From Candidatus Berkelbacteria bacterium (GTDB lineage Bacteria; Patescibacteriota; UBA1384; 2-12-FULL-50-11), in NCBI GenBank assembly GCA_030650195.1, contig JAUSEP010000086.1:1-45809 (forward strand): 45,809 bases of DNA, read 5' to 3'. Shown piece after piece: positions 16,978 through 24,829 of this stretch; position 1 is the first letter of the stretch; each line of letters opens with the position of its first letter. The notes beneath the pieces were generated by a model. That model ran no database searches. It worked only from the letters and a program-made list of their open reading frames with translations, and was not told the origin of the DNA. Both the position numbers and the translations under genes were made by a program.

Positions 16978-17080
16978 TGCCTTAAGAAAGCACTGCTTGG
17001 CAAGCATCGTCCCAACCAGAAATCATTTCCATACTTTCAAGTTTCCGTTCTCCGGGGGCCGCGCGTAGCGCGGCCTTTCC
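16674..17080 (+). ncRNA. Candidate large structured ncRNA (~400 nt), unassigned; boundaries approximate
   Basis: TTGACA(16638)-18-TAGCAT(16662); many hairpins and nested stems; terminator at 17054-17080; no convincing ORF. Confidence 0.6.
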
Positions 17081-17124
17081 CTTATGCATAAAAAAGCCGC
17101 CCGCTTCAGAATCCGAAGCGGGCG
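17054..17124. terminator. Back-to-back convergent terminators
   Basis: Plus: GGCCGCGC-GTA-GCGCGGCC-TTT. Minus: CGCCCGCTTC/GAAGCGGGCG next to A6. Confidence 0.8.
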
Positions 17125-17133
17125 TCACGAGTT

Positions 17134-18879
17134 TCAGGGTTTTGAATGGGAGGGGGCGGGTCCCATCAAGCCAAGGCCGGTGCCATTATGCGAGCGGCCC
17201 CCGCGAGTATCTGGCGGACTCGGCCTATAAGTGTCGTAGTTACAAACGACGTTGCAACTTGCCTGGATCAGTCGGCCATCTTGCATACCGATCACAGACA
17301 GTACGGTTGTTTGGGCTCGTTGATTGACCGGAGCGTTCCAGATATATCCTCGGTCGTGACTGGCCCAGTTGAAGAAGCCCGACGAGGGCGAGAAGGTCTC
17401 GCCTGGTCCTAGCGTTACGTTCCATTCGGCATAACGTGACGGGAAGAACTCACCCGTCGGGGTGTAGGGGTCGTACCACTGCACACCAAGCCAACTACTG
17501 TCCATACCAAAGTTGTCGAACGTCAGCACCTTGAGAAGCATCGAACTGCTCGTGTTGTTGCGCACATAGGGCACGTAGTACCAGCCGTAAGAGTCGGCTT
17601 CAACGGTACTTGGTATCGTCCAGATTGATAGTTCGTTGTCGAACGTCAATCTAATTGAGTTGAACATCGAGTCGATCAGACTGGTGTCAGACTTGATGTT
17701 GAAATGTGTTGCGCTTGGCAGGTCGTAGGTATAAACCGGACCGCCAGTCAGCTCCCCAAGCTGTATGCCGTTGGCCAAGGCGCTGTCGCGCTCAACGACC
17801 CAGTCCTTACCGCCGGCAAAGAGGTGGTAGGTCACCACTCCTCGTTGGGTTGAATGGTAAGAATTGAGTTCGGTTAGAAACGCGCTGCCTGGTCGCAACT
17901 CCTCGATAGCCGGGTCGTCCACGTCCGCCGTAAAAGGCGAACAACTAAATGTACCGTTGAGCCAGAGCTTGCTGATATTGAAGGCGAAATCCGCCGTATC
18001 GGCTAGGTGGCTGCCTTTATTCGGACCAACAATCGAAACAAGGTTCCGTACTGAGGCCGTTGCGCCGAGTCGCTCTAGAGCGTAACGAGCCGTTAGTTCC
18101 CCCTGTGAGTAACCAACGAATGTCACGTTTTTGAGTTTGTCTTTGTACGGGGCTAACAACGCCGCCAGCTGGATACCAGCTTCTTTTGCTCCTTGTTTCC
18201 AAGGAGAAGCAAACGAGAAGACGTTAGAACCGCCGAGTATTACCCTTGCTCGACTACCAATGGTTTTCATCGATTGGTAGTTGTCCAAGACGCCGTGAAA
18301 GCACAGGATTGTGCCGGGATCGGCAAAGTTGGTAGTACCCTCCAGCTTTTTGATGGCGTACTCGGTGTCGGACAGGTTGTCCTTAACCAAGCCGATCACC
18401 CACTCCCAAACCTTTCCGCCTCCGCGGTCAGCAGAACGGCCTAAGGCAGCTGGTAGAGTGAAGCTGACTTTCCCGTTAGACTTAACTCGATCGAGCGGTA
18501 GCCAGACATCACCAGATTTGATTCCGGCAATGTATTCTTTACCGTCGTCGATAACCGAGATAGTAATGTCCTTCTGGGGAGTCTCACTAGAAGTTAGTTT
18601 TAAAGCTGGCTTGCCAAGAACGAAGTTCTGCTCCGGAGGTAGCTGGGGTGCTTGGGCAGTTTGGTAGAGTGCAAGGCTCGAGCCGTTGGGAAAAGTCCCT
18701 GCGGCCTCGAACTTAATACCGATCTCCCCATATGTCTTGTCAAAACCTTCGTTAGCTGCGACTGAGAAGGGGTCCGTTCGTGGCTGAAATCCTCCGCCGT
18801 TACCGGTCCCACCGCCACCACAACCAACAAGAGTGAGAGCTAGAACACCGAAAAGTGTCCAAAGTTGGAATCTCATCAT
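17134..18879 (-). CDS. Lipoprotein with alpha/beta-hydrolase (lipase/esterase) domain
   Basis: Lipobox LVGC and Gly linker; CFHGVLD oxyanion segment; GYSQG nucleophile elbow; GGKDWVV and ATH as candidate Asp/His; GGAGG SD. Confidence 0.8.
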   Translation of the reverse strand: MMRFQLWTLFGVLALTLVGCGGGGTGNGGGFQPRTDPFSVAANEGFDKTYGEIGIKFEAAGTFPNGSSLALYQTAQAPQLPPEQNFVLGKPALKLTSSETPQKDITISVIDDGKEYIAGIKSGDVWLPLDRVKSNGKVSFTLPAALGRSADRGGGKVWEWVIGLVKDNLSDTEYAIKKLEGTTNFADPGTILCFHGVLDNYQSMKTIGSRARVILGGSNVFSFASPWKQGAKEAGIQLAALLAPYKDKLKNVTFVGYSQGELTARYALERLGATASVRNLVSIVGPNKGSHLADTADFAFNISKLWLNGTFSCSPFTADVDDPAIEELRPGSAFLTELNSYHSTQRGVVTYHLFAGGKDWVVERDSALANGIQLGELTGGPVYTYDLPSATHFNIKSDTSLIDSMFNSIRLTFDNELSIWTIPSTVEADSYGWYYVPYVRNNTSSSMLLKVLTFDNFGMDSSWLGVQWYDPYTPTGEFFPSRYAEWNVTLGPGETFSPSSGFFNWASHDRGYIWNAPVNQRAQTTVLSVIGMQDGRLIQASCNVVCNYDTYRPSPPDTRGGRSHNGTGLGLMGPAPSHSKP

Positions 18880-18929
18880 ACCCTCCATGTGAAAGAACCA
18901 ATCCTTCACGTACTACGATTACTGTAAAC

Positions 18930-18965
18930 AAAAAAGCGGCCGGATTGAAACTAATCAATCCGGCC
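18930..18965 (-). terminator. Intrinsic terminator
   Basis: 11-bp stem GGCCGGATTGA/TCAATCCGGCC beside A6. Confidence 0.8.
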
Positions 18966-18983
18966 CTGGAGATGGCGATGTGA

Positions 18984-19670
18984 CTAACCGCCGATTCTGA
19001 TCTTGACGCCTCGAGCTTGCATCTTGTCGAGCCAAGGCTGGATAGCCTTTCCTAGAGACAAGAGCCCGGCCTTAGCTTCGTGATCGGTTTTTGGACCACC
19101 GGAGAAAGCCGAGATAGGCGCTAGGAACAGATCCACGGCTATTCTCCAGTCAGGCGCCTTCTCGCGAGAATGGCTAAAGATACGCTCTTGCTTCAGGGCG
19201 AACTCGGAGCTGGCTACGTCAACGATCCAGAGATCGACCGTGGCGTCTGCTCGGGTTTTCGGTCCGAGACCCTGCCAGTCGGAGCGAACGTTATAGCGAC
19301 AACGAGAAACCACTACGTAGTCGGCGCCCAGCTTTTGACCGAGCTTGACCAGGTTGGCAGGATCTGGTAGCTCGAAAGCCGCGGTATCGAACACAGCGCC
19401 TTTCAGCTCCCGCCAGGCAAAGTTGACCACGGGACCAAGCCGTTCCATGCCAAGCCGCTCGAAGGCTCCGTACAGGGCTTTCTCGTAAGGCTCGCGAGCT
19501 GACTGGGTGTACTCCCTTTCGCCCTTGTCGTTCTCTTGGAACATCAAGGGTAGGAACGCCACCTTTGGTTGCTTGGCCGCAGTTCCTGTTGCGGACACAC
19601 CAATCTTCTGCGCGCTGAGAATTGAAGCTAATGCTCCCATTATGGCGAGCATGAGAAACAACTTCTTCAT
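18984..19670 (-). CDS. Secreted protein, possible CsgG/TolB-N-like fold
   Basis: Signal peptide; KVAFLPL, LGQKLGADYVV, ATVDLWIVDV; GGAGGAG SD. Confidence 0.6.
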   Translation of the reverse strand: MKKLFLMLAIMGALASILSAQKIGVSATGTAAKQPKVAFLPLMFQENDKGEREYTQSAREPYEKALYGAFERLGMERLGPVVNFAWRELKGAVFDTAAFELPDPANLVKLGQKLGADYVVVSRCRYNVRSDWQGLGPKTRADATVDLWIVDVASSEFALKQERIFSHSREKAPDWRIAVDLFLAPISAFSGGPKTDHEAKAGLLSLGKAIQPWLDKMQARGVKIRIGG

Positions 19671-19748
19671 GTCAATCTACTCCTCCCCCGATTGGGGTTT
19701 TGCGAGGTTATTATACTGAAAAGCTGGTAAAGAATGAATAGTTTCAAC

Positions 19749-19786
19749 AAAAAGAGCGCGTCAGCAGGGGGTCTGCTAACGCGCTC
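19749..19786 (-). terminator. Intrinsic terminator
   Basis: GAGCGCGTcAGCAG/CTGCTaACGCGCTC stem beside A5. Confidence 0.75.
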
Positions 19787-19802
19787 GGGTCGAAGTGGGA
19801 GC

Positions 19803-20405
19803 TCAGGTCTTCTTAACGGGGTAGGACTCAAGCCACTTCTTCAGGATGTCGTTGATGGTGTTTCGCACCGCCACGACTTGACGCTCGCTTCCCTTGCCGG
19901 GCACGAAGCCACCACCTGTCGACTTGCCTTGGAGCTTTACGGCATTGAAGATCGCTTCCTGCTTGTTGGCATCGACCAATGTGAGCTTCACGGTTGCGAA
20001 GCCGTTCGTACGCGAGGTGAGAATCGTGGTATTCGTTGTCTGCTTGCTTTCCACGATGACGACGAAGAAGACGAGGGTCGCCCCACATTCGTTGCCGACC
20101 TTGAAGAGGTTAGCCCGAGTGCGCTGTTCGTCGTCGTTGAAATCGATCCCCAGCTTGGCGATTGCCTTGTTGACATCTTCGCCGTTGACGAGGACGAAGC
20201 CGCGAGTTGCAAGCGTTTCGACGAGGTACTTGGTACCCTCGGCCTTCTGCTTATCCTTCAGCTCCTGCCACGGATCAGCGGAGTCGTTGATGATTGGCAC
20301 AAGCGCAACCTTGGTTGTCGCCGGATCGTAGTTCTGGGCTGACACGGCCGCAATGGCCATCAGCGCGATGACGATAAACACCAGGAGCTTGCCTAGGTTT
20401 TTCAT
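19803..20405 (-). CDS. Secreted protein, paralog of 18984..19670
   Basis: ATG 20405 with GGAGGG SD; signal peptide ending AVSA; KVALVPI, VGNECGATLVF, ATVKLTLVDA. Confidence 0.65.
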   Translation of the reverse strand: MKNLGKLLVFIVIALMAIAAVSAQNYDPATTKVALVPIINDSADPWQELKDKQKAEGTKYLVETLATRGFVLVNGEDVNKAIAKLGIDFNDDEQRTRANLFKVGNECGATLVFFVVIVESKQTTNTTILTSRTNGFATVKLTLVDANKQEAIFNAVKLQGKSTGGGFVPGKGSERQVVAVRNTINDILKKWLESYPVKKT

Positions 20406-20536
20406 GAGCATCCCTCCATGAGATGAGATTTGGAACGGTTGAATTGTAGTGGAATTAAGAGAAAAGATCAATACGAGGATACGGAGACTGGTTAGACGGA
20501 CTTGCAATACAATATGGAGGGAGTAATATATTTATC

Positions 20537-20617
20537 ATGATCCAGTTAGCAGTTACAAATTGGCGCCGTCATTTTAGCGCTTTTCAGGGAGCGACTGCTG
20601 ATTTTGATTTGGACTAA
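20537..20617 (+). CDS. Candidate attenuator leader peptide MIQLAVTNWRRHFSAFQGATADFDLD
   Basis: 26-codon ORF directly after TTGCAA-16-TAATAT; overlaps the antiterminator strand. Confidence 0.55.
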   Translation: MIQLAVTNWRRHFSAFQGATADFDLD

Positions 20618-20670
20618 AAAACTAAACTAAAAAATCGAAAGTAGCCGCCGCTCTCTGGGAGCGGCTTTTT
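20585..20670 (+). promoter_or_regulatory. Transcription attenuator (terminator/antiterminator)
   Basis: Terminator GCCGCTC/GAGCGGC+T5 at 20647-20670; CAGGGAGCG (20585-20593) can pair with CGCTCTCTG (20649-20657). Confidence 0.65.
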
Positions 20671-20704
20671 GGTAGTAGGGCCAAAAGTACTCGCACGTTA
20701 GTAA

Positions 20705-21295
20705 ATGGAGTCGATAATTATGAACACGCCGACACTTATGGGTTATTCTCTCCGCACGATGGGGATACCCAAGGAGCTAATTAGTTGGTGGACGTTCCAG
20801 ATGGGACGAGAACCACATATGTTAGGAGAAAGCGCAGAACGGGTGATTGAGACAATTGAGTATGCATATTTCTTCTTCGACGATAATGTGCCAATCGCAG
20901 CGTCGGGTCTCTTCGGGGCAAGATCTAAAACAAAAGAGTGTCTTCGCTTCGAAGGAACTCGTGTCGTTGAAGTTGGGTCGAGCGTCGTTGAGCCAACGTA
21001 TCGAGGACGCGGGCTTGGCAAAAGAGTCATGAAGGAATGTGTAGAAAAGGCTTGGGAAAGAGAACTACTGCCTGTAGGAGTGTCTTCCAACCCAATCGTA
21101 CACCATATCTTCGAAAGCTTTGGCGGGTTGTCGATGGATGACGATCAGCGGTATCAAGAGCTACGTCAACAGCTTTGTTTGTGCGAGCAGGTGTCACCTG
21201 ATTGCAGGTTGTGTCCGCTTGCCGAACGCGGTGGCTGGATTTTCTTCCCCCACGCGCGTCAGCGCCGTGAATATTCAGATTTTCACGGTCTCTGA
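20705..21295 (+). CDS. GNAT-family N-acetyltransferase with C-terminal Cys cluster
   Basis: VVEPTYRGRGLGKRVM acetyl-CoA motif A; CLCEQVSPDCRLC. Confidence 0.85.
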   Translation: MESIIMNTPTLMGYSLRTMGIPKELISWWTFQMGREPHMLGESAERVIETIEYAYFFFDDNVPIAASGLFGARSKTKECLRFEGTRVVEVGSSVVEPTYRGRGLGKRVMKECVEKAWERELLPVGVSSNPIVHHIFESFGGLSMDDDQRYQELRQQLCLCEQVSPDCRLCPLAERGGWIFFPHARQRREYSDFHGL

Positions 21296-21305
21296 CTAAT
21301 ACAAG

Positions 21306-21339
21306 CTCCGGTCTGGTGAGGAGACTCATCAGACCGGAG
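21306..21339. repeat. 15-bp intergenic inverted repeat with GAGA loop
   Basis: CTCCGGTCTGGTGAG-GAGA-CTCATCAGACCGGAG; no U tract on either strand. Confidence 0.8.
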
Positions 21340-21360
21340 ATTAACTAGAAAAGGAAAATT

Positions 21361-22170
21361 ATGAAAAAATCAATAATAGAAGTTAAGGGATCCAAACCGG
21401 GTGCAACACTAGCCATTTTTGCGGGTATTCACGGCAATGAGAAAGCGGGAGTAATAGCTTTGGAGCAAGTCGTTAGCGAGATAAAGATAGAAGCCGGGAA
21501 GGCGTATTTCGTATTTGCTAACCCACCGGCAATAAAAGCCGACGTTAGATTCGTTAAGAAAAATCTGAACCGGTTGTTCTTATCTACTAATAAGGGGAGA
21601 TCGTGGGAAGATAAGCGAGCACGAGAATTGATGCAGCTTTTGGATTCTTGTGATGCTTTGCTTGATCTACACGGCTACAACAGTCCGGAAGATACGCCGT
21701 TTGTGATTACAGGCGGCCCTGGGTTAGAAGTAGCTAAGATCTTTGACGTAGATAAGGTTGTAACTGGAATAGATCAGATCGTTCCAGGAGGCACCGATGG
21801 CTACATGCTTAATTGCGGTAAGGTTGGGGTCTGTCTAGAGTGTGGCTCAAACTTGAATCCAAAAAAGTATGTTGGAATGGCGAAGGGTTCAATCCGCAAG
21901 TTCTTGAGCTACTACAAGCTTACGAGCTCAAGGGTAGAAACCACACGTTCCTCCCAGCAGGTTCTGAGGGTTGTGAAGATGGTGAAAAAACAAACAGAAC
22001 TCTTTGCCTTCGACAAGCCCTACAAGAACTTTGATGCTCTTGAACCAAACTGTGTATTTGCAACAGATGGGGACACTCAATATGTTGCAAAGGAAAACCA
22101 ATTCATAATCTTCCCACATGAGAATGAGAAAATTGGCCAAGATGTATTTACGATAATTCGACGAGGGTAG
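21361..22170 (+). CDS. Succinylglutamate desuccinylase/aspartoacylase family (M14-like) zinc amidohydrolase
   Basis: GIHGNE, NLNR, LLDLHG, LECG. Confidence 0.9.
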   Translation: MKKSIIEVKGSKPGATLAIFAGIHGNEKAGVIALEQVVSEIKIEAGKAYFVFANPPAIKADVRFVKKNLNRLFLSTNKGRSWEDKRARELMQLLDSCDALLDLHGYNSPEDTPFVITGGPGLEVAKIFDVDKVVTGIDQIVPGGTDGYMLNCGKVGVCLECGSNLNPKKYVGMAKGSIRKFLSYYKLTSSRVETTRSSQQVLRVVKMVKKQTELFAFDKPYKNFDALEPNCVFATDGDTQYVAKENQFIIFPHENEKIGQDVFTIIRRG

Positions 22171-22180
22171 CGATAACCCA

Positions 22181-22209
22181 TTGACGACATGCCCGTTCGA
22201 GCGTAGACT
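22181..22209 (+). promoter_or_regulatory. Sigma70-type promoter
   Basis: TTGACG-17-TAGACT. Confidence 0.65.
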
Positions 22210-22277
22210 TTTAGCCATACTAGCTAGTCTTTGGCGAGTGTAGCTCGCCGCCGATCTATGCTAGGAGGTACATAGAC

Positions 22278-22484
22278 ATGACAAAAAAGAAACATGAACT
22301 CAACGATCCGAAGAACGACCGACGTATCATCAAGCTTTGCGGCGTGCAAGGCTGCTGCCCTGAACTCCGATTCGAAAAGGATGAAGTTCACATTTCCGAT
22401 GACTTCGGCGGCACCGTCAAGATGACGGCGGTGCAGTTCGAAGACCTCAAGAACAAGATTCGCGCTGGCGAGCTCGACGTCTGA
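22278..22484 (+). CDS. Small Cys-containing protein, DUF397-like; possible radical SAM substrate
   Basis: AGGAGG SD; CGVQGCCPEL...VHISDD...KIRAGELD resembles the DUF397 pattern CVEV...V.VRDS...VK.GEFD. Confidence 0.7.
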   Translation: MTKKKHELNDPKNDRRIIKLCGVQGCCPELRFEKDEVHISDDFGGTVKMTAVQFEDLKNKIRAGELDV

Positions 22485-22508
22485 AGCTCTTCAGCACAAG
22501 CGATGCCC

Positions 22509-22540
22509 GTGGCCCAGTGACTTCTCTGGGCCGCTTTTTT
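22509..22540 (+). terminator. Internal terminator between the small gene and the radical SAM gene
   Basis: GTGGCCCAG/CTGGGCCGC then T6. Confidence 0.8.
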
Positions 22541-22555
22541 AAGGACAACAAGACA

Positions 22556-23902
22556 ATGGAAGATCCCCAATTCTCTCGATTCTTAGAGTGTTGCATACGT
22601 GGAGATTTGGTAGCAGTCTACCATCGTCTCCACCCGACACCGCTCTACCTATCTTCTACCGAGTGGGAGAGTACCCGTACTCGACCGCTCAGTTCCTTTT
22701 CTCCTGACTTAGCCAACGAGTTTCTTAGACGAGGACTCATTGCAACTCAGAGCGAAGACGAACAAGACCTTCTCAACACTCAGTCGATGCTAAAAAGGCA
22801 ATTGGCACGTCCAACCATCCTGTACTTAATGATGGCGCAACATTGCAACTTTGAGTGCACGTACTGTCCCATCCCGGAGCTAGCAAAGAAATACGGACCC
22901 AGGCTCCTGACGATACGGGATGCAAAAGCTGGGATAGACTTGTGGGCAAAGCAGCTGAGAGGCTGGGAAGATGACGGCGATGAATTCTTTGCCATATTCT
23001 ACGGTGGAGAACCGTTGCTCAACAAGAAAACTCTACGCTCTGCCGCTACATATATACGCCAGCTCCAGCAGATCGGTAAACTGCCTAGGGAACGGATACG
23101 TCTGCTTCTCTCAACAAATGGCTCTTTGCTTGACGCAGAGATGGCAAGGTTCTGCCGTGATGAGGAAATCGCAGTTGTGGTTGGAATTGACGGCATCGAC
23201 GGGACCAACGACCTAACGAGGGTGGATAGGCTTGGGCAAAGTACTTTTGCCCGAATCAAGGAGGCTTTTGTGCTTCTTTCCGACCACGGTGTCCCTTCCT
23301 TCGCATCGGTAACAGTTACGCCTGGTAACCTCGACGAACTTGGTGAGCTCTCGTCATTTCTCCGTTCCGTTGGAGTGGAGAAGGTTGGTCTCAACTTCTT
23401 GAAGGGACGAGCCCTAGTACAGATGCTAGGTGGCGAGTCACCTGAATCTTTCTATCGCCGCTCATCTCGGGTCATGATCCAGCTCTTTCTCAGCCTGAGT
23501 GAACCCAGTTTCGAGTATCAGATAGAAAAGAAGCGATTGGCCTTCTGTGAAGGACGGTTCTTTCCACCCGATTGCACCTGTTATGGTAACCAGGTAGTGA
23601 TACAGGCGGATGGACGGGTAACAAACTGCCCGTTTCACCGTCACGATCAGGGCCACGTCAGGGCGTTACCGGCGGATTTCAGAATTGCGGAAACGCAAAT
23701 CGTCCAGAATTGGCAAAAGCGTATTCTCGATCTCGAGGGCAGCAATCGCTCATTTCACGGACAGGCTCTCTCCGGAGGAGGGTGTGCGTGGAGTTCTCTA
23801 GAGCAAAACGGGAACTGTCTTGCGCCAGACCTGGCGAGTCAAATATTCACAGAGGAGGTATTCGATGAGCTCATCTGGACTAGCTACACAGAAGGTGCCT
23901 AA
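22556..23902 (+). CDS. Radical SAM protein with SPASM/twitch-type C-terminal domain
   Basis: CNFECTYC, FYGGEPLLN, STNGSLL, GIDG, CTC-x15-CP, GGGC; ATG 22556 after AAGGA. Confidence 0.92.
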   Translation: MEDPQFSRFLECCIRGDLVAVYHRLHPTPLYLSSTEWESTRTRPLSSFSPDLANEFLRRGLIATQSEDEQDLLNTQSMLKRQLARPTILYLMMAQHCNFECTYCPIPELAKKYGPRLLTIRDAKAGIDLWAKQLRGWEDDGDEFFAIFYGGEPLLNKKTLRSAATYIRQLQQIGKLPRERIRLLLSTNGSLLDAEMARFCRDEEIAVVVGIDGIDGTNDLTRVDRLGQSTFARIKEAFVLLSDHGVPSFASVTVTPGNLDELGELSSFLRSVGVEKVGLNFLKGRALVQMLGGESPESFYRRSSRVMIQLFLSLSEPSFEYQIEKKRLAFCEGRFFPPDCTCYGNQVVIQADGRVTNCPFHRHDQGHVRALPADFRIAETQIVQNWQKRILDLEGSNRSFHGQALSGGGCAWSSLEQNGNCLAPDLASQIFTEEVFDELIWTSYTEGA

Positions 23903-24701
23903 GCTTGGCATCATCGGCGGCTCAGGTCTGTGTACTTTCCCCGAATTAGGAGCCGTGGAAAGAGTCCGACCCGAAACCAAATACGGGCTACCGTCTGACG
24001 ACATACTTATTGGTCAAGTGGCGGGTCAGGCAGTTGCCTTTCTTCCTCGTCACGGGAGCCGACACGACCTACCCCCACACCACGTACCATATCTAGCGAA
24101 CTTAACGGCCCTAAAGGAGGTGGGAGTTGAGTTCGTAATTGCAACCTGCATCGTAGGGAGCTTGAAACGTGAGATTCCTCCGGGGAGTCTTGTTACTCCC
24201 GACCAGTTCGTTAACTTAACGTGGGGACGAGACGACTCGTTCGCACCTGGTGGTTCTTTCATGCATCTAGCAATGGGGGAACCGTATTGCGACACGCTTA
24301 GACGTCTAATAGCTAAAGTAGCTGAAGATATAGGCGAGGTCGTGATGCCCAGAGCGACGGTAGCAGTTATCCAGGGGCCAAGATTCTCGACATTTGCCGA
24401 GAGTCGGTGGCTTTCGAGTAACGGTTGGGACTTGGTCAACATGACCCAGTACCCAGAGTGTTACTTTGCTAAAGAGCTGGGTCTCTGCTACGCCAGCATT
24501 GCAGCCGTGACAGACTACGATGTAGGCCTGCATGAATCCCTGATCATTGACCCGGCCAATATGGGTCCAGTGTTGAAGGTTTTCAGACGCAACGTTGAAC
24601 GCACGAAGGCATTACTACTCTCTCTAGCCGGGTCGTATCAGCCGGAGATAGATTGCGGATGTGCCCGAAATTTGGTTCGAACGTATTACGAACAGGCTTG
24701 A
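23865..24701 (+). CDS. mtnP: 5'-methylthioadenosine phosphorylase (PNP/MTAP family)
   Basis: GIIGGSG, FLPRHG, QGPRFSTFAES, VNMT, VTDYD; GAGGAGG SD before ATG 23865; overlaps the radical SAM gene end. Confidence 0.9.
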   Translation: MSSSGLATQKVPKLGIIGGSGLCTFPELGAVERVRPETKYGLPSDDILIGQVAGQAVAFLPRHGSRHDLPPHHVPYLANLTALKEVGVEFVIATCIVGSLKREIPPGSLVTPDQFVNLTWGRDDSFAPGGSFMHLAMGEPYCDTLRRLIAKVAEDIGEVVMPRATVAVIQGPRFSTFAESRWLSSNGWDLVNMTQYPECYFAKELGLCYASIAAVTDYDVGLHESLIIDPANMGPVLKVFRRNVERTKALLLSLAGSYQPEIDCGCARNLVRTYYEQA

Positions 24702-24704
24702 GCC

Positions 24705-24738
24705 AATCCTCCCGAGATCGCATTTCGGGAGGATTTTT
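24705..24738 (+). terminator. Intrinsic terminator
   Basis: AATCCTCCCGAGAT/ATTTCGGGAGGATT then T tract. Confidence 0.85.
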
Positions 24739-24829
24739 GTGTCTCACCATTGATACTTCATAAAATCGCTGTTAGAATTCAACCAGCTCATTAACAGTTG
24801 TATAATCACTGGGACGAGAAGGAGAACTT

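Noticed and set aside
16821-17068. Short ORFs 16821..17015 (-) and 16883..17068 (+)
   Set aside because: No RBS or recognisable motifs; overlap dense RNA-like structure
16674-17080. RNase P, tmRNA, SRP RNA or group II intron as identity of the large RNA
   Set aside because: No GAGGAAAGTCC, no tRNA-like ends, no domain V despite a GTGCG near the 5' end; CAAGACCGGAAGAAAAGC only loosely resembles SRP helix 8. An Rfam scan is still needed
19734-20342. Long antisense or alternate-frame ORFs (also 1301..1915, 5999..6721, 33124..33798)
   Set aside because: Shadows of better-supported genes on the opposite strand
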